Source: Octopus bimaculoides (Eukaryota). From it: 64,000 bases of DNA. The stretch lies in contig NC_068984.1 in assembly GCF_001194135.2 (NCBI RefSeq), positions 68,337,742 through 68,401,741 on the forward strand, given 5' to 3'. The notes beneath the pieces were generated by a model. That model was not told the origin of the DNA, made no database searches, and saw nothing but the letters and a program-made list of their open reading frames with translations. Both the position numbers and the translations under genes were made by a program. Shown piece by piece: positions 24,493 to 36,494 of this stretch; position 1 is the stretch's first letter; every line of letters begins with the position of its first letter.

Positions 24493-25766
24493 TTTCAAAT
24501 TTGGTGTATTGATGTATTTTTTTTTTTTTACGCTGGCTCTCAGGCCGCTATTCACTTGTTCCAGAATGAGAAAAAAGAAAGTTATAGAGATTTGAAGTTT
24601 GATATTTTTTACCCAGTCAGAAAACCGGATTTAGAAGCTACCATTTTGTGCGCGACCACAATCTTATGACGACAAAGTATTCATGGCAACATTACGGCCA
24701 GAAAAGGTTTTAAGCATTTTGTAAGCACTTAATGCGAAATATGATAATAAAAAATAAACACACTTCAAAGATTTTAACACACAATTACATGTGTGTGNNN
24801 NNNNNNNCATCCTGTAACCCTTCGGAAATTTTTTTTTTTTTTGGAGAATTTTCAGAAAATCTTTGCGAATTTGTGTTCTATACGCGGGAATTCATACGAA
24901 TATGTAAAAAAAAAGGTGTAAGTTAAGGGGTATTTAGCTGTTATTTTTAGTACATCTCACGATCACCTCATACCGTACTCGTTTGTTTGCCATTCTGACA
25001 TATTGATATTCTTCGATATCTTTCTCTCCGTAAAAACCTTTAATAGTCTATGGCTGGGATTTAAGCCAAAAATTCGAATTTCCGTATTTTAAACTCTGAT
25101 TAAAATAAAATTCGAAAAAAAAAAATGCAATGAAAAATATTAAGTCTAATTTCCTCGTATTAAACAAGAGAGTTCCACAGTTTGTTACAATGGAAACAGG
25201 CACCACTATGTCTTTGGCTTTCGAATGGCTAAACTTACCTAAAATTTGCAAATTTTAGGGGTTTGTAGGGAAGTGGTTATACACCATTAGGTGTACTCGG
25301 CTTCCGTACATTAAATTTCTTGAAGAAACAACGGAACGCAGATTCTGAACAACACAACAATATTTATTTACAGTGGAATTCGGCTCACGCTTGGAGGGAA
25401 TTCGGTAGCTCGTCGCCTTTGGTTACTGAGACGCCTTCAATGAAGTTCGTGGTTATTTGTGAAGCTCTGGTGCTGAGTTGTAAGAGAGCTCTGTGGGACG
25501 TCTAGGCTCGACGGAGATCAGTGAACGAAGAGGCTGAAAAGAAGCGCGAAAGCTTGGATGTCGAACTCCACGCATGCGCATGAGACTCTGCCTGTATTCC
25601 TTCCGGAACTAGTCCCTGCGCATGCGTGGATAAACTTTCCGGAAATGTCGTCTGCTATTAAGTCGTCACTACAGGTTATTAACTCTTTATTTATTGATTT
25701 ATGGCGAAAATGAATTGCTTTTCAATAACTATCATACAAAACTACATCACTACACCAAATTTGAAA
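24493..25766. mobile_element. Non-autonomous DNA element bounded by inverted repeats (hosts the solo LTR)
   Basis: Perfect 16-bp inverted repeat tttcaaatttggtgta (24493-24508) / tacaccaaatttgaaa (25751-25766), extending to 24 bp with one mismatch; true termini not resolved. Confidence 0.5.
25264..25673 (-). mobile_element. Solo LTR, 410 bp, with 4-bp TSD GGTT
   Basis: Minus strand TGTAGTGACG...AATAAA...CCCTACA; GGTT at 25260-25263 and 25674-25677. Confidence 0.85.
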
Positions 25767-25877
25767 TCATTTGGAGCAGAATTGAAGACGTTGAAAAGCT
25801 GAACCCCAACAGAAAAGATCCGACGTAGCTTATGTCATAGGTGACAAATTGTGTTGGATATTTGCTAGTTTACTCCA

Positions 25878-26573
25878 TCGTGGGTCACCAACTTTTACGA
25901 GGTTATGGTATTAACGAAAGATGTGAAATGCTGGTAGCTGAGTTAGATTCTGGCTGCGTATAATGATGTACAACACTCGTTAACAATTTATTCACCGCAC
26001 AAAGTATTTTCTATGTTAGTCTTAAATTAAAAATTCAACAAAGTTTACGCAGGGAAAGACAATTCTGTATTTATTACAAAACAGTTGGTTGAGTAGGCTT
26101 TGTGAATATACTGTCACGGCATGAGAAAATACCACGCGGAGTTCATGACTGCAACACTACAACTGCTGTCTGCTCGGTTGAGTAAGGAATTATTAGAACG
26201 ACTGTTGAATGCAGCAAAATGAGAATGTGGTTTGCACGGCGGCGTTTCTCCACAAACTGAAATTTGGCGCCTAAATCATGCCTCGTTAAAAGACTTCTAG
26301 CCGATTCTAGAAAGTTGCATCACGTGTTGCCTCGATGTTGATTGGTCAGTTAATCGGCCGATCACATGAAGTAGCTGTTACTAAACTGTGGCTTTTACCT
26401 GGCAGCTTGTCGATTCGGTTTCGAATCTGCTGCAATTCCGAACGAGTCTAAAGCACTGACTAGCGATCTAGTCCAAATGCTTGCAACCGGTGACGGAAAT
26501 AGTATAGGAAAAGGAACTAGAGGTTTGCTAAGGTCTGTATGAGAGGCAGACGTTGGAAAGGTGAGGCATTACA
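25878..26573 (-). mobile_element. Putative 5' LTR plus primer-binding site of a Gypsy element
   Basis: Minus strand begins TGTAATG, contains CCAAT, CACGTG and two AATAAA, ends CGTAAAA-GT then PBS-like TGGTGACCCACGA (25890-25878); LTR end lacks canonical CA and no partner LTR was seen. Confidence 0.4.
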
Positions 26574-26879
26574 CTAAAAGCCACTGTAACTCCGGGAGTT
26601 GCAAAGTTGAATACCACCCCTTGCTTACCCAATCTCACTATTTCTAGCATTGTTCGCAACAGAGTGGATGCAACTAAAGGCACAAAGTGATGATTTTAAA
26701 CAGTGCAACAAATTACTGTGTATGCGTATGTGTGAATGTTTGTGTGTCAACTGAAGCGATGTGTTGATATTTTCACGTAAGTGTATGTGTGTTAGAGGAC
26801 ACGCTTGCATATTTAAGTGTGCATCAGGTGTCCTAACCTCTTCACATACATATGAGCCTGCAAGCGAGCGAGCAGGAGT

Positions 26880-26913
<34 letters not shown>

Positions 26914-26939
26914 CGGAGTGAAAGAAAGGAATAGTGTGT

Positions 26940-28500
26940 ATGTGTGTCTGTGTGCTTGATTGCATAAGGTGTGTTAATCTGCTTATACATATGTATGCAG
27001 ATGAGATAGTGCATACGCGCGCGCGCCTGTGTGTATGTGTGTGTGTTTGCTAAACTGCATGATGTGAGATAATCTGTTGATGCGAGTATGCGAGTGCATA
27101 TGAGAAAAGTGCTTGCGCGTGCACATTAGAGGACTGTAGCGAGTGAACAGCGTTAATCCCTTCCCGTATGCATATCCGAACAAGCGTATCTATGCACAGA
27201 TCTGAATAGGGCATGCTAATCCTTATCATATTGTGCATGGATACCAAAGTGCAGTAGTGCATAGGTCGTACTAATCTACAGGCGTATGTTTCTGTACATA
27301 TTAATGCCTAAGTGTGCAGCGTACTGGACTGCAAGATTTGTGTGGTATAATCCTTTCTATCTCTACCTCTGCGAACAACTGTATGCGTTTCTATGTGTCA
27401 GACGCTTGAGATGTGCTTATCTATAAATGTGATATATATGTGCACCACTGTGCATCTATGTGTGTGCGTGAATGCATGATACGAACTAATTTTTTTGCGA
27501 GCAAGTGTAAATGTGTGTGTATACGTATACGTCAACAAGCGTTGTATATCAATGTATTTGTATGATCGATATGAATGTACGAGTTAGCGCTTCAGAGTGC
27601 TGTGGTGCTATGATGTATGTGTTGTGACTAACGCATGTATGCTTTCGCAACCGTACCCTTTCGTATGTGTGTATGTTCAGTAGGACAGGTGTGCGTGCGC
27701 GCACGAGTTGTAGGACAGGTATGTGTGTATTCATGCTTGTGTATGTATGTATGTATGCGAGTGTGTGTATATATGTATGGATGGATGGATGTAACTACGC
27801 GTGCTTGCTTGTTTGTGTGTTTCAGTGCCCGAATATATATATATCTTAGATTTGCTAATCTGTTTAACCATGTGTTTTTGTGCTTTTGAGAGAACGGCGA
27901 GTGTGTACACCTTTGAATACGTCAGTGTATAGTCGCGCGTATGCATGTATGTGCATGCGAGCATGTTGCAGTGCATGGTGCATGGTGTGTGTTAATATAT
28001 CAATGCATGCGTATATGTGCAAGTCTGTCTATCTCTGTATCTGTTACTGCGTGTGTGTGTGTGTGTGCGTACGTATCCTGCACCTCATGGCATATATTAA
28101 TCTTTCCTTGCATGTGTAATCAGGATATTGTGCAAACATGCACCTACAAAGGCATATGAGGCATGTATGTGTGTATGAAGCATGTATGCGTACGCATGTT
28201 ACAGTGCATTGGAGCATGCAATATTAATCTACTGATGGATGTATTTGTATGGTCGCATGCATGCCAGAGCGCAGAGCGTGGTACATCAGCATACATATTA
28301 CAGGGCAGTAGTGCAGGCAGTGTTAATCTATTCGTGTGTGTATATATAGCTGTTACACTGCAGTAGTGTAATTACAGTATTAATCTATTCTTGTATATAT
28401 ATATATGTGAAGGGTCATGAGTGGGCACATCTGTCCATGCCGCAATGCATTAGTGCAGCAATGTATGTTAGCATGCAATGTTTATATATTTATGTCTGCA
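26940..28500. repeat. Degenerate TG-rich satellite-like tract with recurring TAATC motif
   Basis: 12 plus-strand TAATC between 26975 and 28385 in a gtgt/atgc-rich background. Confidence 0.5.
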
Positions 28501-29948
28501 TGTTGTGACATAATAAAATGACGTCTCTTTAATTTTCCTTTCCCCTTCTCCCACTCTCTTTATTATTCGCTCCCATTCCCTTTATTATTCTCTCTATCTT
28601 TCTCTCCCGCTTTTGCTCTCACTTCCACACCTATTCTTTCTCTCTTTCTCTCCCTTCCCTCTTTTAACTTCTTTTCCTGCCTTATCATTCCCACTCTTAC
28701 ACTCCCGTCTCCTCTCTCCTTTCATTCTTTCCCCTCACTACCTTTCTCTTTCATTCTCTCCCTTTCTGTGGCTCTCTCTATCGTGTCATCCACTTCCTTC
28801 TCCTATAGTCTCTGTCACCATCAATCTTTTCTTCCCTCTTTTTCTTCCGTATTCTTCCTTACTCAACATTTCTATGTCCTACCTACCAACCATGTCCATC
28901 TAACCCAGTAGTCTCCCTTTGCTATATACCAGCTTCAGTCATGTCCATTTAATCTAGTTGACTCCCGGTTTCCTCCCATCCTGTCTCCTCTACCTTATAC
29001 CATTCAAGAGTAGGTCCACCTAACCCAGTAGTCTCCCCTTACTGTATATCATCATCAATCAAGCACCTCCAACTCAATACTCACCCACCCTTCTACACAC
29101 CATACAATCAGGGTCACCCAAACTAGTAGTCTTTCCCTTTCATCTTGTCTGTATCTTCTATCTGTGTCTGATCCCTCTACCCCTTTGAAACATCCCTCTA
29201 AATTTCCTTTCCAACCCACTAACCTGGTAATATCTAAACCAAACATCAGTTACATTAATTTCACCAGCCTTAGGGGACCTACGAAGATGATAATCAAAAC
29301 TTTACCTCCTTTGACAAAATTATAGTTGATGCCTGATGATTTTAAGAAACTAAACAGTTAAAAATATTTGGCTTTACAGAAAAGACAATTTGTTTTGTTT
29401 ATAAAAGTCACAAGAAATACGTTTGATTTGCATACAAAAACAAATTGTTTTTACAAAATTGCAGTTTACTAAAATTTATGTCTGAGAAGCAAAAATAGAA
29501 CAAAAAAAAAACCCCAAATGTTTTACAAAAACAGAAAAGGAACACAGATTTAGATGAAACTTTGCATCACAACTACCTTGTATCTCCAGATGAACGTATT
29601 GCCCCAATTATGTCAGTGTATAGTATCAATATATAGATGTGAGTAGATAGATAAAATATAGAAAAACTGCTGTAAAATAAAAATAGAAATAAAATGATAT
29701 ACTGCATGATTTACATATTGTTGAATAACCTATGCTGGTAGGGCAAAGTGACTGATGAATATATCTTGTAAAGATAAATTATATATATGCGCATGTGCGT
29801 ATGTGTATGCATGTATATATGCATGCATGCTTATATATATATATATNNNNNNNNNNGGGAGGATTCATGAAAAAAAAAAAACAGACGAAGACAGGTGGTG
29901 TAGACAACAAATAGATGTATTAGTATAACATTCAGGAATAAAGAAAGT

Positions 29949-29984
29949 CTTTAACGTTTCGAGCCTACGCGCTTCAACAGAAAG
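29949..29984 (-). ncRNA. Minimal hammerhead-like motif (variant core) near a (TA)n-abutting repeat end
   Basis: Minus strand CTTT-CTGTTGAA-GCGC(GTAG)GCTC-GAAA-CG-T-T-AAAG: helix I CTTT/AAAG, helix II 3 of 4 bp, palindromic helix III ACGT. Confidence 0.55.
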
Positions 29985-29994
29985 GATATAGGCA

Positions 29995-30430
29995 CAAGCA
30001 TAGCTGTGTGGTAAGAAGCATGCTTCCCAACTACATGGTTCTGGGCTGAGTACCACTGCATGGCACCATGGGCCAACCAAAGCCCTGCTAGTGGATTTGG
30101 TAGATGGAAACTGGAAGAAACCCATCATATATGTGTATGTATACATATCATCATCATCATCGTTTAATGTTCACTTTCCATGCTAGCATGGGTTATATAC
30201 ACACATCTATGTGTGTGCTTCTTTGTCTCTGAGTTTGTCCCCCACCACTGCTTGACAACTGGTATTGGTGTGTTTACATCCCCATAAATTGGCTTGACAA
30301 AAAGAGACAGATAGCATAAGTGCCAGGCTTAATTAAAAAATAAGTACTGGGGTAGATTCATTTGACTAAAAATTCTTCAAGGCAGTGCCCTAGCATGCCC
30401 AAGCTCTAGTGACTGGTACAAGTAAAAGAT
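29995..30430 (+). mobile_element. SINE family A copy containing an RTE-tail fragment (30140-30195)
   Basis: Head ggcacaagcatagctgtgtggtaagaagc, tail gtacaagtaaaagataaga. Confidence 0.8.
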
Positions 30431-30431
30431 A

Positions 30432-30481
<50 letters not shown>

Positions 30482-32569
30482 TGGCATGGCAGGCATGGAA
30501 TACTTATGTACAGAACTCTGTGTTTCTCTACAGGGAAATTTCCTTACTCGCTGATATTCTTCAGCTGTTGCAAGCATGTTTAATACAGAGGAGAACACTA
30601 TTGGTGTAAGCTGAAGGTTGTCACAGAATCTTTTGATCATTCAAAGGTAGCAACCCTTATAGATAAGGATATAGTTTTAAAAATGATTATATGAGTGTCC
30701 TAGCACATAAAAATGACTGTATAGGTAAAATTAATTTTTTAAAGTATATAATTATAAAAATATAATTATAATTAAGGGCTACTGGAAATAACCAGCACCT
30801 GCGCTAAAGGTAGATGTCAAATACCTACAATCCACTCTAAAATTTGTTCTCTATATTCAACCACAGGTCAAATGTAAGGCTCGAGATTTCATGTTCTGCA
30901 AAAAAATTGCTCTGCATTCATTAGTAGAAATATACCAATAATATATAAACGAGAAATACAAGTACCTGCACCTTGTTTACCATTTTGTCCTTGTTCTTTT
31001 GCCACGTCATGTACCCAGTTATGTATCTATATGTACATGTAGATGAACGTATATACATACATGTACATATATATGCATATACTCATATATTGTTTGTATC
31101 ACGACAGAATGCACGCGCTACCTTTATACAGTAAGTTTTAACTATTTTTCTAACGCGACTCTCTCTATTTCNNNNNNNNNNNNNNNNNNNNNNNNNNNNN
31201 NNNNNNNNNNNNNNNNNNNNNNNNNNNNNNNNNNNNNNNNNNNNNNNNNNNNNNNNNNNNNNNNNNNNNNNNNNNNNNNNNNNNNNNNNNNNNNNNNNNN
31301 NNNNNNNNNNNNNNNNNNNNNNNNNNNNNNNNNNNNNNNNNNNNNNNNNNNNNNNNNNNNNNNNNNNNNNNNNNNNNNNNNNNNNNNNNNNNNNNNNNNN
31401 NNNNNNNNNNNNNNNNNNNNNNNNNNNNNNNNNNNNNNNNNNNNNNNNNNNNNNNNNNNNNNNNNNNNNNNNNNNNNNNNNNNNNNNNNNNNNNNNNNNN
31501 NNNNNNNNNNNNNNNNNNNNNNNNNNNNNNNNNNNNNNNNNNNNNNNNNNNNNNNNNNNNNNNNNNNNNNNNNNNNNNNNNNNNNNNNNNNNNNNNNNNN
31601 NNNNNNNNNNNNNNNNNNNNNNNNNNNNNNNNNNNNNNNNNNNNNNNNNNNNNNNNNNNNNNNNNNNNNNNNNNNNNNNNNNNNNNNNNNNNNNNNNNNN
31701 NNNNNNNNNNNNNNNNNNNNNNNNNNNNNNNNNNNNNNNNNNNNNNNNNNNNNNNNNNNNNNNNNNNNNNNNNNNACCTGCACCTTGTTTACCATTTTGT
31801 CCTTGTTCTTTTGCCACGTCATGTACCCAGTTATGTATCTATATGTACATGTAGATGAACGTATATACATACATGTACATATATATGCATATACTCATAT
31901 ATTGTTTATATATATATACATATACATAAATGTTTGTATGTTTGTGTCTAAAATTGAAAATTATGTAAGGTCAAAATCATAATAAAATGATGTACCGAAA
32001 GATGCACACATATTTGAATAACCTATCCTAGTAAGGATAAGTGACTGACAAATTCATCTTGCAAAGATAAATGAAAGCTGTACAGTTTGAAAATAAGAGA
32101 AACAAATCTTCGAAGCAGTGGCAATGGTAACAACTGGTGTCACTGATAAATCAATGAAGATTTTTTTTTTTTTTCACTATAATCAAAGCAAAGATATTTG
32201 AAGAATTGGGTGGACTAGCATTTACTTCATGGATGTGATAGTAACTTGTTTTGGCAATCATCCATGATAATAATTTGTATGTCTGTATGCAGCTGGATAA
32301 AACAGATGAGTGAAAATATATTTACCACTTGTTTTATTTACCAAGGAATGAATAATTAATTAATATTTATAAATGTATTTTAGCATTATTTTATATTGCA
32401 TTTTTTTCGTCTTTCCATTTTATACACAAAATTATAAAATCTAATTTTAGGAAATGGAATAACAGTGTCCTAAAAACGTTACTGTAATCAATAACACTTT
32501 TTGGTGCATTGTCATGCATGTTACAAGGCAATCCTCACTTGTGCTGGTGCCATGAAAGACAAAATAAAG

Positions 32570-32870
32570 CACGCAGTACACTTTTGAGTGGATTCAGTAA
32601 ATGGAAACTGAAAGAAGCCTGTCATATTTAAGTATATATCTATGTGTGTGTCTTTGTGCCTGTGTTTGTTCCTTCCCTACCACCACTTCACAACAGGTGT
32701 TGGTGTATTTATATCCCTGTAACTTAGCAGTTGAACAAAAGAGAACAAGAGAATAAGTATTAGGCTTAAAAAAAAAAGTCCTGGGGCTGATTTGTTTGAC
32801 TAACAACTTTCAAGGTTGTACCCCAGCATGGCCGCAGTCGAATTATTGAAAGAAGTAAAAGATAAAAGAT
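32570..32870 (+). mobile_element. SINE family A, 5'-truncated
   Basis: gagtggattcagtaaatggaaactgaaagaagcc...ccccagcatggccgcagtc...gtaaaagataaaaga. Confidence 0.8.
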
Positions 32871-33575
32871 ATATGTGTGTGTGTGTATGTGGTAGGAGTG
32901 CAAATGTATGTATATGCAAATGTATGTATATGTGTGCATAAGTTACATAATCCCACAAATCCAGTTATACAAGAATACAAAACAAGTGTCCATCTATACT
33001 TGTCCAGGTGAGCTTCAAAATGATCACTTGCCTTGTTAGAAAAAGCAGTTACATCCCCCTCATATTACACCTTACCATTTTGGAGGTAAAAAAAAGAAAC
33101 ACACATTCAATAAAGTAGTTCTTGTTATATGAAAAAATGGGATAGTAATGGCAAGACTGTCTTGGAATGAAATGGTCTGGAATATTTGACCTAAGGTGGA
33201 TTATGACTGAATGAAAACAATAGCAAGGATCTACTTTAGCAGTATGGCAGAATAAATAGTACAGTCCAGAATTTGAACCTGTGATGAAGAAATAACTATT
33301 TTTCTGGTTTTGTCAGTTTGTGTTATGGATTAGATCAATGTATAAACATGTATATACATACATATACACATACGTGTGTGTGTGTGTATAAGAGTATTAT
33401 AGTTTGCATGAAGTGTTGTCTGTGACATTTCATTTTTCATTTTATCTAGTTTCAGCTTGTGAGCTTTGGCCATGCTGGGCACCATATAAATGTTTCTGGC
33501 TTTTTTTTTTTTAAGCTAAAACATTGCAAGTTATAAGAAATAATAAAAGTCAATGGTCAGCACAATTTTCTGATG

Positions 33576-33613
33576 TTTCAATATTTTGAGGTTAGGGCAC
33601 CTTCTTCAGGAAA
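33576..33613 (-). ncRNA. Degenerate minimal hammerhead-like motif
   Basis: Minus strand TTTC-CTGAAGA-AGGT(GCCCTA)ACCT-CAAAA-TAT-T-GAAA: canonical CUGANGA box and helices I and II, but the GAAA box is degraded. Confidence 0.4.
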
Positions 33614-33682
33614 TTTTTGGATAAATGTTGTTGGAAGCCGACTTCAGCATTTTGTAGTGTGTGTATAAAAAGTGTTGCCTTA

Positions 33683-33890
33683 TACAAGTTCCTGGATTTG
33701 AGTAAAAGAAAATACAGGAGGATCAATTAATTATGATTTTATTTAACATATTTCTCTCTCAGATTCACACACTTAGTGCAGTGGACTTTCAGTTTTTCAG
33801 AGCCCTCTGAAAGAGCTCGGAAAGCTGGGCCTCCAACCAGAATGTTTTGCAATACTCTTAAAGCCAAGAACTTTTCAGTGCCCACTTGTA
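33683..33890 (-). mobile_element. Mariner-derived MITE (about 220 bp family, copy 1)
   Basis: gaacttttcag end, retains reverse complement of aagtgtgtgaatctgagag (transposase C-terminus KCVNLRGEY-like). Confidence 0.75.
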
Positions 33891-34097
33891 TAAATGTACT
33901 CAATATATATGTGTGTGTGTGTGTGCGTGTGTGTACATGCCTGTATGCAACTTATGTGCTAGGGTCTATATGTTTGTATGTATGTATTCATGAATATATT
34001 AGTTTGTGTTTGTATGTACTTGTGTATGCATGCATGTGTTGTCGTGTACATGTTTGTATGTACTTATGCAGGAGCATGAGGTATTTACATATCATTT

Positions 34098-34142
<45 letters not shown>

Positions 34143-34247
34143 TGGCCAATAATGATACTGAAACCCTGAGCACAGAAGAACAAAAAGTAGTAGTAATTAC
34201 TATCAAGTACTAGTATTTTCATTTATTACTCTAATTGTTGCACAAGG

Positions 34248-34460
34248 TACGGGGCTGAAAAGTTCCTGCCTTTAAGAGTATCATGAAAGGCCTGGCTGGA
34301 GGCCTAACTCTGCAAGCTCATTTACAGGGCTAAGAAAAACTGAAGAATTGCTACAATAAGTGTGTGAATCTGAGAGAATATGCTGAATAAACTTATAATT
34401 AAATGATTCTCCTGTATTTTCTTTAACCCAAAGCCAAAACCTTTTCAGCAGCCCCTTGTA
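34248..34460 (+). mobile_element. Mariner-derived MITE (copy 2)
   Basis: TIRs tacggggctgaaagttcc / aaccttttcagcagccccttgta; internal aataagtgtgtgaatctgagagaatatgctgaataa. Confidence 0.8.
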
Positions 34461-36448
34461 TGTCTTCACCATCTTAAAAAAGAATTAATTGTAGAGATAT
34501 GTGCATGGAAGTGGGATTAAAATATTGGTTACTGATTTTTACCCAAAAGGCCGCAATTCTTAAGGGGTACTCTAAGCGAACCCACCCCCTGTGAGGGAAC
34601 AGCAGACGCACTCACCCATTGCAAAGAGGCAGTCATATCACATCTAATCAGGCCCTAGCATATCATAGTATGGGATCGTGAAACCTTTCGACTGAGAGCA
34701 CACCCACCTGTGACAGAACCGTAAGTGCACCCACCATTGCAAAGGGATAGTGGGTCATAACGCATCAGTTAATTCACTGCAGCCAGTATTTGACCTTTCC
34801 TCCTTACCCCTACAAAAATTGAATGTTTAAAGTAACCTGTGTAGGATTGTGATTCAGAGATGTTTTTAACCTTTAGCACACTGTAGGTGCATCATGCAAC
34901 CATATGAGTTTTCACTCCTGTAGTAACAGGGCAGTGGTAGGGGAAACAATACAAGAGAAAATGTAGTATTTTAAAAGTTAATTATCACACGGTATTTAAT
35001 TTATTGTTTTGTTAATTCTACCAGTCAGACATTCAGGTTAAACTACAATATTGATTTCTTGAAGGGAGAGAGTATACATCTGATTTAGTAGGCTCTAGTA
35101 AATGACTGGTATTTACCTTTATGATTCCCAAAAGAGAAAATGACAATGTGAACCTTGTCAAGATTTGAATTCATGATTTAAAGAGGCATCGTTAATTACA
35201 CTAATGATCTTGTAGCTCATCAACCTTGGGGTTAATGATAATATTAAATGTCTCCAAGAAATGTCTAATGTTCATGTTTTGGTCTTTAATGGCATTTAGC
35301 GATGAATTGACTGTGAGTTGGCAGAAACTTTAGAGTGTTGGACAAAATACTGTTGGTATTTATTCCAGGTCTACATGTCCTGAGATCAAATCCTGCTAAA
35401 ATTAACTTTCTCTTTCATTATCCTAGGGGAGGGGTTTATAAAATAGAGTATTACACAAAAATGATGAACTGGCTGAGTTGTTAGAGAATTGTATAATATG
35501 TTTCCAATGTCCAGGTAGATGTGGTCAACTTATCCATATCAACCTGACAGGATGATACCTTATAAAATAATACCAGGAGACAGCAGGAAATTACCTCTGA
35601 ATTCACACATGAAATTGCACGACAAGGATATAATGTTTGACAAGGATATCACCAGGGATATCACTAGTTCAGTGGAATGGAAAGAGTGTAGAATGTTAGC
35701 TTTATGTGGGTTAATATTCTCAAAGATCTGTTCTCTGTTTCTTAACAGCTAAATTACAATAATCAAGAAGAATAGAACAACAAAGTGTTCTTGTCACGAA
35801 ACACTACCTGGGAAGCACTTACAACGGTGAATGAACCCACAACCAATGGGAAACTAGTGGAATGAGTTAACTCAGTTATTTCACATTACTCAACAGAAGA
35901 GATGAGATAAAAGTTAATTTAGTAGAGAGAAAATAAGTGTTAGTAATTCTCCGTGGTTAATAGCTGTTCACTTGTTATGAGAGATTAATCAAGCTTGTTC
36001 ACATGTCTATGTTGTTCCCTATCTTTACCTACAAGTGTTGTCTTGATATTGACCTCAGTTGATCAACTAAACAAGTCACAGAAGAGCTTCGGGCAGTGTG
36101 ATGACATCAATGAAATTAAAAGAGACCTGCAATAGACAGCATGTTTTATAAAACCTTCAGATGCCTATTTTAAATAGTGATCACTTGCTAAAAGCTCTGA
36201 ACTGCATCTCATGCAGTAGTGGTTTAATTACTGAATTATACAACCAATAAATCTTTCAAGAAACCTTTTACATCAATTCACCTTGGAGGTTGTTACAGTG
36301 TCTGTAACATTAAGCTGAGATGAATGTTTAGTGTGGTGTAGGCATGTTAGTTATTGTGTTTTGAATGATTGAAGATCCAGTAACGAATGAATAAGAAAAC
36401 AAACAAGGAAACAAACTGTTCTGTGAAAGGAGAATTGGAGTAAAATGA

Positions 36449-36494
<46 letters not shown>

